A DNA stretch of 64,000 nt, from NCBI GenBank assembly GCA_022813965.1, contig JALDZS010000013.1, forward strand, positions 1 through 64,000. The letters run 5' to 3'. Positions 47,870 to 59,136 of the stretch are shown in pieces. The DNA comes from Toensbergia leucococca (Eukaryota). Below the pieces are notes generated by a model. The model was given only the letters and a program-made list of their open reading frames with translations. It made no database searches and was not told the DNA's origin. The position numbers were made by a program, and so were the translations under genes. Numbering within the stretch: position 1 is the first letter of the stretch; every line of letters begins with the position of its first letter.

Positions 47870-47903
47870 CCATCTCAGGTACTGAGCCATCTCAGGTACT
47901 GAG
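47870..47903 (+). repeat. Perfect 17-bp tandem duplication (CCATCTCAGGTACTGAG)x2
   Basis: Read directly. Each unit contains the inverted repeat CTCAG-GTA-CTGAG. Confidence 0.9.
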
Positions 47904-48067
47904 GGCATTCTCTAAGCAAGTATATAGATGGGTTGATTTGCTGTGTGATCAGTAAATACCCTGCTTATTGAAGGCAGTCAATGTTTTCTGAGAGTCCATC
48001 ATCCCTCAGGGATATCTCTAGAAATGAGCGGAATCCTAGGCTGAGTCCACGAGCTCTGATTTCTAGA

Positions 48068-49092
48068 TTCAATGCGGAGGACTTTGACTCTGAATAATGA
48101 TAAAGTTTGTACCGCGAATATGTGTGATCTTTTGAAAGGAAAGACTTTCGGTGTTGCACAACCGACGAAGGAGATATTTTGCCACGGTCATTTGAATTGT
48201 AAGTGAAGATTTTCAACAGTCAAGATTGGAATTCGCATGAATCACAGATATCCTTCTTAGGCATCATACTCAAAGTTTTTTGACTTGCGCAATCAATGTT
48301 CGTCTTCGTCAATGATACTTGAAAATTTCTTCATTCTTTAATGTCTGCAAACAAATGAAAGTCATTTTTTGAGCAAACTCTTGAAATACTTTGCATGTTG
48401 ACGACCTATGTATGGTTGAAGCCTCCTCAAGCATGGTCAACATAGTATCAACGCTTTAGTTGGAATGTGAGCAATGAAAGCTTACACTCACTGACCTTCC
48501 TATTGCCAGTAGAACAGGTCTGATGCTTGCCTCAGCCAACATCATTTAAATTGCTCATGTTCAAATTGAAAGCAGAATATCCATTCTTTTTAAATATCCC
48601 TGCTATCATTATCATAAGTCTTAACAGTCAGCTTGAATGAGACTTAGAAGCTTATAAGAATCTTCTATGTCGGGAGGGGCTAACGTCAACAAATGTATTA
48701 CCTTATCATTGCTCATACTCTTGAGAATGTTTTAGTCTGATGAACCCTCACTCAATCTGACACTTCCTCAACTAAGCAGGTGTCATTCACACTGAAAAAG
48801 CTGTCAGATACCACACTCAGCGCCTGACTGTAGTCTCCGAAGCGCTGAATATTGCGGCGTACAGTGATGGAGTCGAGATGAGGGCCGCCGCGGTCCAGAC
48901 CTTTTTTCAGGCGCAATGAGATGAAGATGAAGGTTTGTTCAGCCCATGATGCGGCTATTCAGTTAGTAGGATCTTACACCGTTACAAACATCTTCTAGCT
49001 TTATATACTTCAAGAGGACTGTATACAAAGCATCTTAAGCATTGTGCTGCAGATTGTTCCTTTTCAATGAACGGCCCGACTCGTCAAGTTTA
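48068..49092 (+). pseudogene. Stop-riddled gene relic of unknown family with a probable intron (acceptor at 48509)
   Basis: A protein-like frame (e.g. FKLLMFKLKAEYPFFLNIP, HTQRLTVVSEALNIAAY) is interrupted by TGA/TAA codons consistent with C-to-T changes. Confidence 0.5.
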
Positions 49093-49509
49093 GGACGCTT
49101 AGAATGTTTTGATGATGGCATCTTGGCTGGGTTCGGCGACGGTTCCCGAGGAGTCTGTTGTATTGTTGCTGATGCTGCATTTGATTTCAGAGGAGAATTA
49201 ATAATCCACGGGCGACTTTGTTGTGATGGCCGCCATCCTTCTTCTTTTTCTAGTGCCATTCTCTAGCTTTGCCTTTTCCCGCTTGCGCTTCTTTTCCTAG
49301 TACTCCTCCTCGCTCTCCAATTCATCCGGGGACGGCAACCACCCAACTATTTCCCCATCTTCATTCTTTATTGCCTCATGATGCCGATTGACCAAGCATA
49401 GTTTTCGTCTTTCCTCGACACAGTTGCATCTTTCCATGCCACTGTGGTGTTTTGCCCGGATCATGTTAACCAGCCTGGTCTCTATTTCTACGTGCTTCAG
49501 AATGATGCA

Positions 49510-49930
49510 TATTCGGCCCTGTTCTCGGAAGTATTAGAATACATGTGGATTGGCTCTGCCAGATCCAAACCATGCATCGCCATGTGTACGGCGCATTTGG
49601 TCTTCAAGCTATCATATGAAAGTTGCTCCGAGATGCCCTAGGAAAAGTCCACTTTTGTCATCAACCTAGACAACAGCTTCGCGAGTTCTGCGAAGCTTTT
49701 CAACCATCTTTTGGCGAACGGTTGGAATCTGCCAGTTGACAATCTTCGCTATTACATTCCGAGGACCCATTCAAACCATCATCTTTTGGTAACTCCTACA
49801 GATCAAGATTTGTAAGTAACCGTGATAGTCTTTCCCCCGCGTCTTTCGTGGTTGATTTTGTTGTCGTCAGGAATTTCACTATTGCTATGTAATCTGATTT
49901 GCCAGTGCTGCAACGAAGATATCATCGTGT
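49510..49930 (-). mobile_element. Ty3/Gypsy retrotransposon RT-RNase H remnant
   Basis: Fragments HDDIFVA (YxDD-like), AKIVNWQIP and KRWLKSFAELAKLLSRLMTKVDFS*GISEQLSYDSLK...IHMYSNTS resemble the Gypsy RT thumb/connection and the start of RNase H (xDAS). Confidence 0.65.
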
Positions 49931-50149
49931 CGTCCGTGGTGGCGAATCGGGTTAAGGTAAAGCAAGGGTACAAATTCTGATATAGAACAGTGACAAAGGC
50001 GAGTGCTCCACTAGGCAAAGCAAATAATGAATCTCGGATGATGGATACCTTGGGAGCTGGTCAAGGTTGACTGATGAACAACACAACAGGAGTATACAGA
50101 ATAATTGAAAAGACCTCGCGAAGTGAGGCTAGGTAGATGGAAAGACGAA

Positions 50150-50915
50150 CATCCGTCCTCGTGTCTGGAAACAAAATTTGGTGACAGCCCGGCGCGGTGA
50201 CCTTGCGCTTTCTGGGAGCCGGAGGTACAGCCTCATGGGCCCCTTCTGCACTACTCAAATCCTCCTCCTCCTCACCGTTGCCATCGTCTTCACTTTTCTC
50301 TGCCACTAAAAGAAGGTCCCCTTTGACCTGATCATCATTTGAATCACCCGCCGTGTTACTGGCGCGTGTCCCCTGTGCGGGGACGGCGATATGAGACCGG
50401 GCGGGGGGCTACGGAGCGGAGCGGGCGGTGAGATCGATTTCTGAGATTTGAACAACGGCGTGGGGATTTACCATTGACAACGGAGGATGTGTGTCACGTA
50501 CAATATGAGCTAGTGCTCGTTCTGATCCAGCAGCTGCTACATTTAGCACTGTGCTAGTGAGGGCAGGCAGGTTAAGCTGTGATACACCTTGTTAGCGCTA
50601 TCAAAGCATAAGCGTAAGGATAGGACTCGCATTTCAGCGCAGGGTGTCTACAAGATGTTTCTGGACCTCCTCTGCTTTTCACATTTCTTTGAGCTGTAGC
50701 AGGCCAATCTCTATACGACTGGAGGGCCGCTTGTGGCCACCAAACCTGGCCCCGTCGACAAGGTATGCCTGCATGACTCTAGTAAACACCCGGACTCCTT
50801 CTATCAGCTCCTGCTGAGCGTCTGACTCTTCCTCTGAGCTGATTGCGGCGTTTAGCCATCGTGCTCGGGTTCCAATAAGGTCATTCGCATCTGGTGTAAA
50901 CGCAGTGAGTATCTA
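50150..50915 (-). pseudogene. Orphan gene relic, copy B of the duplicated exon, with an upstream exon containing TGA stops
   Basis: LNLPALTSTVLNVAAAGSERALAHIVRDTHPP follows the same acceptor, then an acidic tract and PRKRK. The upstream exon reads ...GLLQLKEM*KAEE...LR*. Confidence 0.55.
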
Positions 50916-51339
50916 TTGCTCAGTTAGAGAATGAGATCAGTGCTTGGCTGGTCAAGCAGGGATTGAATGGGGCTTGGCATGAAGCTCGGTAGGGTAGGGA
51001 GTAGAATGATTAGTGAAATGAGATCTTGACCACGATGTAAATTAGTGATGCAAGATGAGTAGAAACAATTGCAGGGGCATTTACTAATTATCCTAGACAA
51101 CTGGATCATGTACTTGGCAAGGAAACTCCCGTAGCCTTGGGTAAGGTAGTGTCCTTAGGGAAGGATGGGTAAGTGAAGCTTGATGGTAAAGTTTTCAACA
51201 GAGGACAAGACAGCCAAGGGCCAGCTGTTGGATGGGACTATTATTTGACTCTTGCGGGACTTTCTAACGATCGCCCCGTGGTCGCCACGAGAGACTAGGC
51301 AGACTTCTGATCGACCGAGATAGGTAGACGATAGTAAGA

Positions 51340-52910
51340 GTGATCAGCTTCTATAGCTGCATGATTGACTCATTTTTCATGCAGTCAGTAAAGCTCCCTT
51401 CTCCCACTGACTTTCTCATCTCTCGAAATCTTCAATGCATTTTCATATCAGTGAAATCCAGCAGAAGACAGGTTTTTGTGAAGGCCAATGTACTTTCCGA
51501 CCTCTGCGCTCAGCCCAACGCATTTCTTTTCAAGGTGCCACAACTCCGCTCAGCAGACTTGGCACAGTAAGTATTTGCAAAACCACTAGTAGATGCAAGC
51601 ATAACCATAGTTTCGAGACTTTGCAATTCACGCTGCAATTGAGTTGCAACTACCTCCTGAATCTTCCTTTTATCGTCTTCTATTCGTCCATTGAACCCTG
51701 AGAAGCCTACATCTTCCCCCGGAGCTAGACCTTTCTCGTACGCTTCATCTCGCCCCGTCAGTCAATCAGGGTGAACGTGGTCTTCTCGTGGAGCAAACTG
51801 ATCTCAAGATATGAATTCATCAATGTCGATTTCAGCACTGAGTTCGAGGAGTTGAGGTTTGGAAGAATGTGCAGACAAAACTTGTGAGCTTTTCTCGACC
51901 TCGACTTCAGATGTTTGGCCACTTTTTTGTTTTGTGATATCACACAACGTCTCATCCGCAGTTGTCAATGCGGCAATGATAGTATACTTCTTTGGAGCTT
52001 TTGCTATATTCAATACCTTGGTATTCACCATCTTGATCTCACCCCTTTCATCAGTGAACTCTTCAACAGATGAGGCTTTGACTGATGATGGGGTTTTTCA
52101 GTTTTTCTGATAAGCGTCATTTCTGTCATCGTGACTTCTTTGCAAGCCTTTTCAGGTGACGGTTCAATTGTCACGAATCAACTATCTGACTGTGAGGTCA
52201 AAAATGATCTGAGTTTCTTTGCATAGTAACTCGCACTCCTCGGTCGATAGGGTTCCCTGAATTCAATGATAGATGTTTGAGTTTCAGTCGGAGTCCTATC
52301 CAAATCCCAGATTGCGTCATATGGTTACACAAAAAGGCTTGACAGCTGTCTTCAAATCCCATGGTAGCGTTGTGCTGAACTCAATGATGTCTCCGGACGC
52401 TCTCGTGTAATATATTTCTTGTAATCGTAGACTTTATTTATACCAATAACCACAGGCAATATCTGTAACTGGGTCCGCAATGGGCATGATGATGCTGGAT
52501 AAAGTTTAGACGAAGTGAAATCTTGGATCCTTTTGTAGCTTGCGATTGTGATAGAGTGATGAGAATGGCTGAGGTGTAAGTATAGCTAGACGAGCTTGCT
52601 TCAACAGTTCCTTTGATTCATTTCTATTTTCAGTAGCCATATTCTTCTCGGCTTTTACTCGCACTATAACATTCAGCGCGCGCCACCATCAATGAGAACC
52701 TAGAAGCAGGGGCTACAGCCTGTATGACTAGATTCTCCCAGTGCTCCTTAGGAGAATGATCTAGCAAGAACGGCGTCCTTGACTTGAGAGCGTTGTAGCT
52801 AGATTTAGCAATAACGACCAATCTGTGGTTTCGCCAGTATAGTATGATGGTAGGAATATAGATGTGGAGAAGTGATCTTTGAAGTTCCACTGCTCTATAG
52901 TTGCTCAAGA
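51340..52910 (-). pseudogene. Possible degenerate gene relic(s)
   Basis: Chain of short protein-like ORFs broken by stops; no family recognised. Confidence 0.25.
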
Positions 52911-52979
52911 GATATTTGCTTCTATATGTATAGTCTCATATAGTCTTCTGATCCAGAATTACGGAACGAAGAGTGACAT

Positions 52980-53380
52980 GTAAGAGAGATCGAGAGTTCG
53001 AGAGATGCAGCCTCAAAATCGCCTAAGCAGTTTAGTGTATTTATATTCATCAATGGCTTCAAGGATGGCGAGATGAATATCATCAGCATTCTCGATTCAC
53101 ATTAATGATGCCTTAATCCACTTAGAATTAGAAAGGAGTGGTCAAGAGGAATATTACCTGTTTTGACAGTGTAAAACCGAGAAAGAGAAGAGACTTGAAA
53201 CAGAAAGTAACTCTTCAATTGCCAGTGACGATCAAACATCACTCTCTATTAACCAGATTGGGATTTGCCGATGATACTAAGTTGATGGTTCTTCATGAAT
53301 CCCATCGCGAAGTGTACCACTATATCATGGAATGAATCCGGAAAGCATACCTCGAAATTCCTGCTTTAGTATTCTGCCTA
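52980..53380 (+). mobile_element. Non-LTR (LINE, Tad1-like) reverse transcriptase remnant
   Basis: LGFADDTKL at about 53258-53284. It is preceded by CFDS...KVTLQLPV (degenerate GVPQGSP) and IISIL..HINDAL (degenerate LLSLDISGAF) in the expected order. Confidence 0.6.
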
Positions 53381-53403
53381 GCGACTAAGCGAAAGATTTC
53401 AGT

Positions 53404-56400
53404 TCATTCCCAAACCCGAAGAGTCCTCTTGCCGGTACGATAGTCCAAATCGATTGGAGCAAGAGACCAATGCGCCATATCGTATACTTTCTCCACAACG
53501 TGTGGCTTCTGATACGAGTTCAGTTTGAGGCCAAAATTCGGCGTCGTTTTTGCGCCCACTTCCCTCATGAGTTCGGCCATCCTTGTCTGCTCCTGTGAAA
53601 CAGCCCAGTCCAGAGCTGTACATTGATGCCGATCCAAGACAGCTAGATCACAGTCAAACTCAAGGAGCTCGTCCATAGCTGCAATGTTGTTTCCAATAGC
53701 CGCGGCGTGGGCAGGTGTGTAGCCAAAGATATCTGTTGCATTGACGTCGGCGCCAAAGTTGACTAAAGCTCTGACGTGAGCTTGGACGTCTTTTTTGGAG
53801 CTAAGATCGTGCTGGAAGTTGTGGGCAGCGCAGGCTCGGTGAAGGGCTGTCTTCCCGTGTATGTCTACATTGCAGACCATTTTTTTGGTTTCTCGACCAG
53901 CTTGCCAGGTTGAACCTCTCATGGATTGGCTTTTGCTTGGCCGATCGACAAAGGACAGCACAAAGTAGACAACCTCACTCCTCTGACTGCGTAGACTTAG
54001 CTGGACTAAAGTCTGTCCGAAACCATCTAATGTCTTGATGTCCGCTCCGTAATCTATCAGTAAGGCTGCAGTCTGCACAAATCCTTCTCTGATCGAATGA
54101 TGCAAAGGCGTTGAACTGTTGCTATCTTTTGCATTCACCAGTGCCTTGTACCTAAGTAATGCTTTGGTGGCACCAACATTGCCATAGATTGCAGCATAGT
54201 GGAGCGGAGATCGGCGAGTGCGGTCGAGGACGTTGATTATGGGACGTTTCTGAGAGATATAGTCCTCAATAAGTTGTTGGGATTGCCACATTGATAGATA
54301 GTGGAGGAGAGAACATCCATTCTTATCGCGCTTGAATTCCCTCGTTGTTGTCTGTAAGAAAAACAGGATGATCGGGCGGCAGCCCATCTCGGCGGCAACA
54401 TGAACGGGTGTTCTACCCCTCTTATCTTGTAACAGATAGTCGGCACCCTCCTTGATAAGATGGTTCGCAATTTCGTTTCTTTGATAGGAGGCCGCCAGGT
54501 GCAATGGGGTCATTCCATCTCGATCCTGATGGTCGAGCCAGGACTGCGGTCTTTGAGTATGATCATTCAAGGCGTACTCCCATCCATTCTCCACTGCCCA
54601 GTGAAGCATGTTGCGTCCGACGTGGTCGGACTCGAGGCCTTGAAGGCCAAACTCATCTGCGAGGATTGCGACGACATCACTCCAATCTTGCTGAGCGCAA
54701 AGGTGAAGGAGATGATGGCTGCCTTCTCCAGCGAATCTCCTGATCCGTTCACCTTCATCTTTTAAGACATCAAGTAGCCATAGTACCTTGGTCTTGAGAC
54801 CGTTGAAAGCATACCTCGACAGGTGATTCAGCCCATCGTCATGGATAACGAATACTTGAGTGACATCACGGCGTATGAGCTTTATTTCGACCTCTCGCCA
54901 ATCCCACATGCCAGCCAGCATCAGGGGAGAACCGCCAGCTTTTTGGTTGAAAGAGAGGCTAACATTAGGATTCTTGAACATCTTAAGGACCTCCTTCTCG
55001 TGACCTCTATCTTGGAAAGCTCGTTGAAAAGGCGTGACGCCTCTCTCGTCTTCAGCGTTGATGTCGATGTCCGGGTGATCAATTAGATACGCAATTGTTT
55101 GTTTTAGTATTGTTGGATATATGAGGGCAAGGTGGAGGGGAGTTTGGAGGAATTTACCCGGCGAATTGATATCGATCCGAGGGTCTTTCAGTAACAGGAG
55201 GGAAATGTCTTCACCGCCATACCATCTATGCAGGGCTACATGAATCGGTTTGTCGTTCTGCGTTATGGACTTATTGATGTTTAGTCGAGGTATACTCAGC
55301 AAGGCCATCAAAGACTTTATGTGGCCACGTGCAGCGGCCCAATGCAAAGCAGTCCACGTGAACTCCTGCCCCCCAGCCATCTCGTTCACGTCTTCGCCAG
55401 ATGATACCAACGCGAGAACTACTTCTGGGAAGTCTCCACACTGCATGATGTAATGAAGAGGTGGAACTTCTAGCGGCAGCTCCGATCCCGCATGCGGTGT
55501 AGTCTGGCGTTCTTCCCTTGTCCACGGTCCTGCTGCAGTTCGGAAGTAATTCGCTTGGAAAGATAAGAGATGGTCTTGAAATAATGAAATAATCCGAGGT
55601 TCAGCTTGGAAATCAGAAACATGACCATGCCAATGCCTAGCGGCGTATGCCACTAGTGGGAACTTCTCTAGAGCTTCGATAACTGAAGCTTCAAATCCAG
55701 ACAACCCTTTTAACATCATATCTGTCGGCGATATCAGTGAGCGCTCGACATTTTCTTCGTTGAAGTCTTGGAACTGAAGAAGAGTTGTGCAGATCTTGGT
55801 GAGTTCGAAAGCCATTTCAGAAGGCTGTATCCGGTATTGCTTTAAAACTTCTTCATCAATGTTCCTTGCAGAACTACCCGGTGCCGAAGTTAGCAGTTCT
55901 TTGACGGTTTGATGGGTGAACTCAACATATCCATCGCTCTCGACCTTCAGAAGATAACCGCATGCCCTCTCGAAAGTAAGTTGGAAATTGTAACCTAAAT
56001 CGTTGTCAAGGTCCTCCCAACATCGGTGTTCTCCATTCAGTGTTACAGCGTGCTGTAGTTCGATTACATTAAGCTTTCGTTGTCCACCCAAAACCCACAT
56101 GAAGGCCTTTCGTGCCTTTTCGCGGAAGTCACATGGGACTTGACGCAGTAGTCCACAATAATACCTTGGTTGGTCTCAGTTACTGATTCTAGGAAGTGAC
56201 CAGGACTCAGTTGATTAACCTACGATTCCAAACTGGCGGGCAACTTCTGCAACGCAAGGAGCCTCCTCTTAACCACAGAATTAGACCATTCTGACACTCC
56301 CGATGTGAAATTGGCCCAAGCAAGTGAGGCTAGTAAGAACAAGCCTGTAGCTTGGGATACAATCTCGTCCTCAATCGCATTTCTTATATTTGTGGGGATG

Positions 56401-58426
56401 GGAACATCATCGCATAGCTCCTCAATTTTTTCCCGGATAAAATACCGCACATCCTGCTGAACTTCGATATTGCCCATTGTCAGCACCACGGGCTTAGGGC
56501 TAAGGATTTGGAACTCTGTTCGTGGCTCTATTCGATCCGTTACAAGTACCTTCATCCTTCCATTTATATCGGCCTTTATAGCACGCTCAAATTGGCGTAT
56601 GACATCCTTCCGAGACCATGGCTCAAGCTCATCAAGTGCATCGATGATAATCCAGAAGCTTGTGTCACGACTTCTCTTGATTATTTCAATAAAGCTATCC
56701 CAGACGTCAGACAGCTGTTCGGAGTCGATAGAGTGTTCGTTCAGTTTATCCAAATGACTTTTCATGGTATCGTCCTCAATATAACGGAGCAATTGCTTGT
56801 CGGCGTAAAGGATCTGGAACAGCAACGAGCGCAGTAAGGCCAAAGATGTTCGCCTTCCGGCATCCTTGTCATCGCAGAAAAAGAAAGCGATGATTGGCGG
56901 CTTTCCCCATGGAGCGTCAAGATATTTAACAAGCCAGCTATGAATGTACCTCATCATGACAGTTTTTCCGCTTCCGGGGCTTCCTTGCACCCACATCAAT
57001 CGGATGTCCGAGACATTTCTCCATTGATTGAATTGATTAGACTGACTTAGCCATTGACAAGATCCTTTACAAGGTCGAGGGATTTTCTGTAGCACATTTG
57101 TATGGTCAAAGTGAAGCAAAGACTTCATGAATCTCGCTCGCGTTTCTGACAAATCTAAGCTTGAGGGAAAACAGTGAGAGACTGCGTTTAGATAATGCGG
57201 TAGAATCCCTATAGATTACATACATGACTGATCTTCATTTTTCGCATTATCGATAAGCTCTGAGACGCAATCAAAGACCATCGCATACTTCTCGGAGCTG
57301 TCAGTGAGGAATTTGCACATGGTGATATGATTTGCTTCCATTGGAAGTGGAGTTTCGTTTGGTAAATGCAAAATAGCCGAGTCTTCGTCGACGACCTATG
57401 CAAGACCATAGTTAGTAAGACCATCTCGAGGCACAACACCTGGTACTTACCAATTCAGTGAGACCGGGTATCTTAAGTCGTTCATAAATGGTAAAGATCT
57501 GTAATGGTTTTGCTCTTTCCACAAATTGTGAACAAACGGCTCCCAGTAAATCAGACTTTGGCTTCAGATCATTGAGAAGGTCTGAACGGATTGAACCTAG
57601 TAAAGGAATGTTCGCGACTCTGCTCAAAATACTAGACCAGAATGCAAGATCGCTACCGCGATGGGGAGTGCTGTACCATCGACTTAGTACACCTCTTTAA
57701 CTTTCTGTGGTAGTACTTACCCCATGAATACCACACTCTTCACCGCAGCGCTAAGAGCACTGTATCGAGAATCACGCTCGTGTGCGATAATTAGAGCCTA
57801 GAACTCCACTCAACGCCCAATCAAGTATTCTTGCATATTGTAGTACTCACTTTCTTAAACACAATTCCTCCAAGACTGTGACAGATGAAGATGATTGGAC
57901 GCTATGAAGCTTCAGCGGCCTTATTCACAAATTCATCTTGCGCATAACGCACATTTGTGTCTTTGTACTGTCGTCTCTTCTGTGTCAGCCTTTCAAGTAA
58001 GGTCCGAGCATAGTCGTCGACCTTGGATGCCGAGCCTTTGAAAGCAACCCCAGAATTGTAGCCAAATGTGAAGACACGCGCTTCCGGTACACTCTTAGGG
58101 ATAAAATCTCGGAGCCACAGATTGTCTCCGTCAGTCCATGTCTTGTAAGGATGACCTCCGAGGCCGTGTATGGCGACGATGCTGTTTAAGAAGTTAATGA
58201 TCGCGCTTCCTCAAAGGTTAAGCATAGAATCTACTCACTCAAAGGTAGTCTGAATCTTCGAGACTTCGCCTTGAGGTACATTGGGCCACAGTTCGAAAAG
58301 ACCAAAGGCTTCATCGGAATCTCTTGAAGACTCCGGCGGCTCGGGAGTGCGAGAGCGTTGATCCCTCGTTCTACGAGTGAGCTTCTTCTCCGAGCTCTTG
58401 TCTGAGCGGTGAAACAATCGATCCAT
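53404..58426 (-). CDS. Fungal NLR: SesB-like alpha/beta-hydrolase, NACHT and ankyrin repeats; multi-exon (7 introns)
   Basis: Hydrolase motifs DIVAIHGLGGH, WLRD, FTFGY, FICHSLGG, FMGTPHRGS, VVDEDSA and EANHITMCKF. Walker A QGSPGSGKT, FFFCD, Walker B WIIIDALDE, GLFL and FTHQTVKE. More than 10 ANK repeats. All junctions are GT-AG and in frame. Confidence 0.92.
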
Positions 58427-58707
58427 GTCAATTATCAGTGGCCACTTCAACTCACCATCACGCGTCGACTTGCAAAAGGGAGACAATCATAGATGAAGCA
58501 CATTCGACAACAAGGCTGGATGTAAGCCATAGTGGGGCTGGCGCCAGCCTTGGTGGGTGAACCATGCATTTGCAGGGGCCGATTTTTACAGGCGACTAGG
58601 TGTTTAGGCACGGAGTAGGTAGGTAGCTTGAGACAGTAGCGAAATGGGTAAACTTGGCCTGAAATTGTTTTAAATCCATGATGGAAATAGATTTTAGTAT
58701 TGACTTA

Positions 58708-58935
58708 GGCTACTGATACATTGACACTTCCTGAAGAGGACGTGCCTTTTTTTTAAAACCAAAACCCTTCTACTGAAAGAACATGTTCTGTTTCAAGAAA
58801 CCATGCTTTGATTTTTAGAGAACATGTTTAGTTTTAATGTAGCATGTTATATCAACTCATTCTAATAACTCAGATAAGGCTATAAAAAGGAAGGCTGCAA
58901 TATGTTCTAAAAGGGGTGTCAATGTATTCATAGCC
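58708..58935. mobile_element. MITE-like element (~230 bp) with imperfect terminal inverted repeats
   Basis: Left GGCTACTGATACATTGACAC versus right reverse complement GGCTATGAATACATTGACAC. The interior is AT-rich and non-coding. No clear TSD. Confidence 0.6.
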
Positions 58936-59136
58936 CCGATTCAATGAGATAGTTTTTTGAATGCTACGTCTTCTTCCGTACTTGCTGATGTGAACAATCT
59001 GAAAGTGACCTAAACACCCTGAAACGCAAGCTTCTGGTTACACTTATCAATCAGCTTAGCTAACCATTTCAAGTAAGCTTCCAGAACGCCAGAACACCGC
59101 CCTTCGCTCGCATGCAGCAGAAGTCCAAGATAACCT

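Noticed and set aside
57150..58426. Amyloid signalling motif (HRAM, PP or sigma) in or beside the NLR
   Set aside because: No N/Q/G-rich motif at the N-terminus or linker, and no adjacent HeLo/HeLL effector gene.
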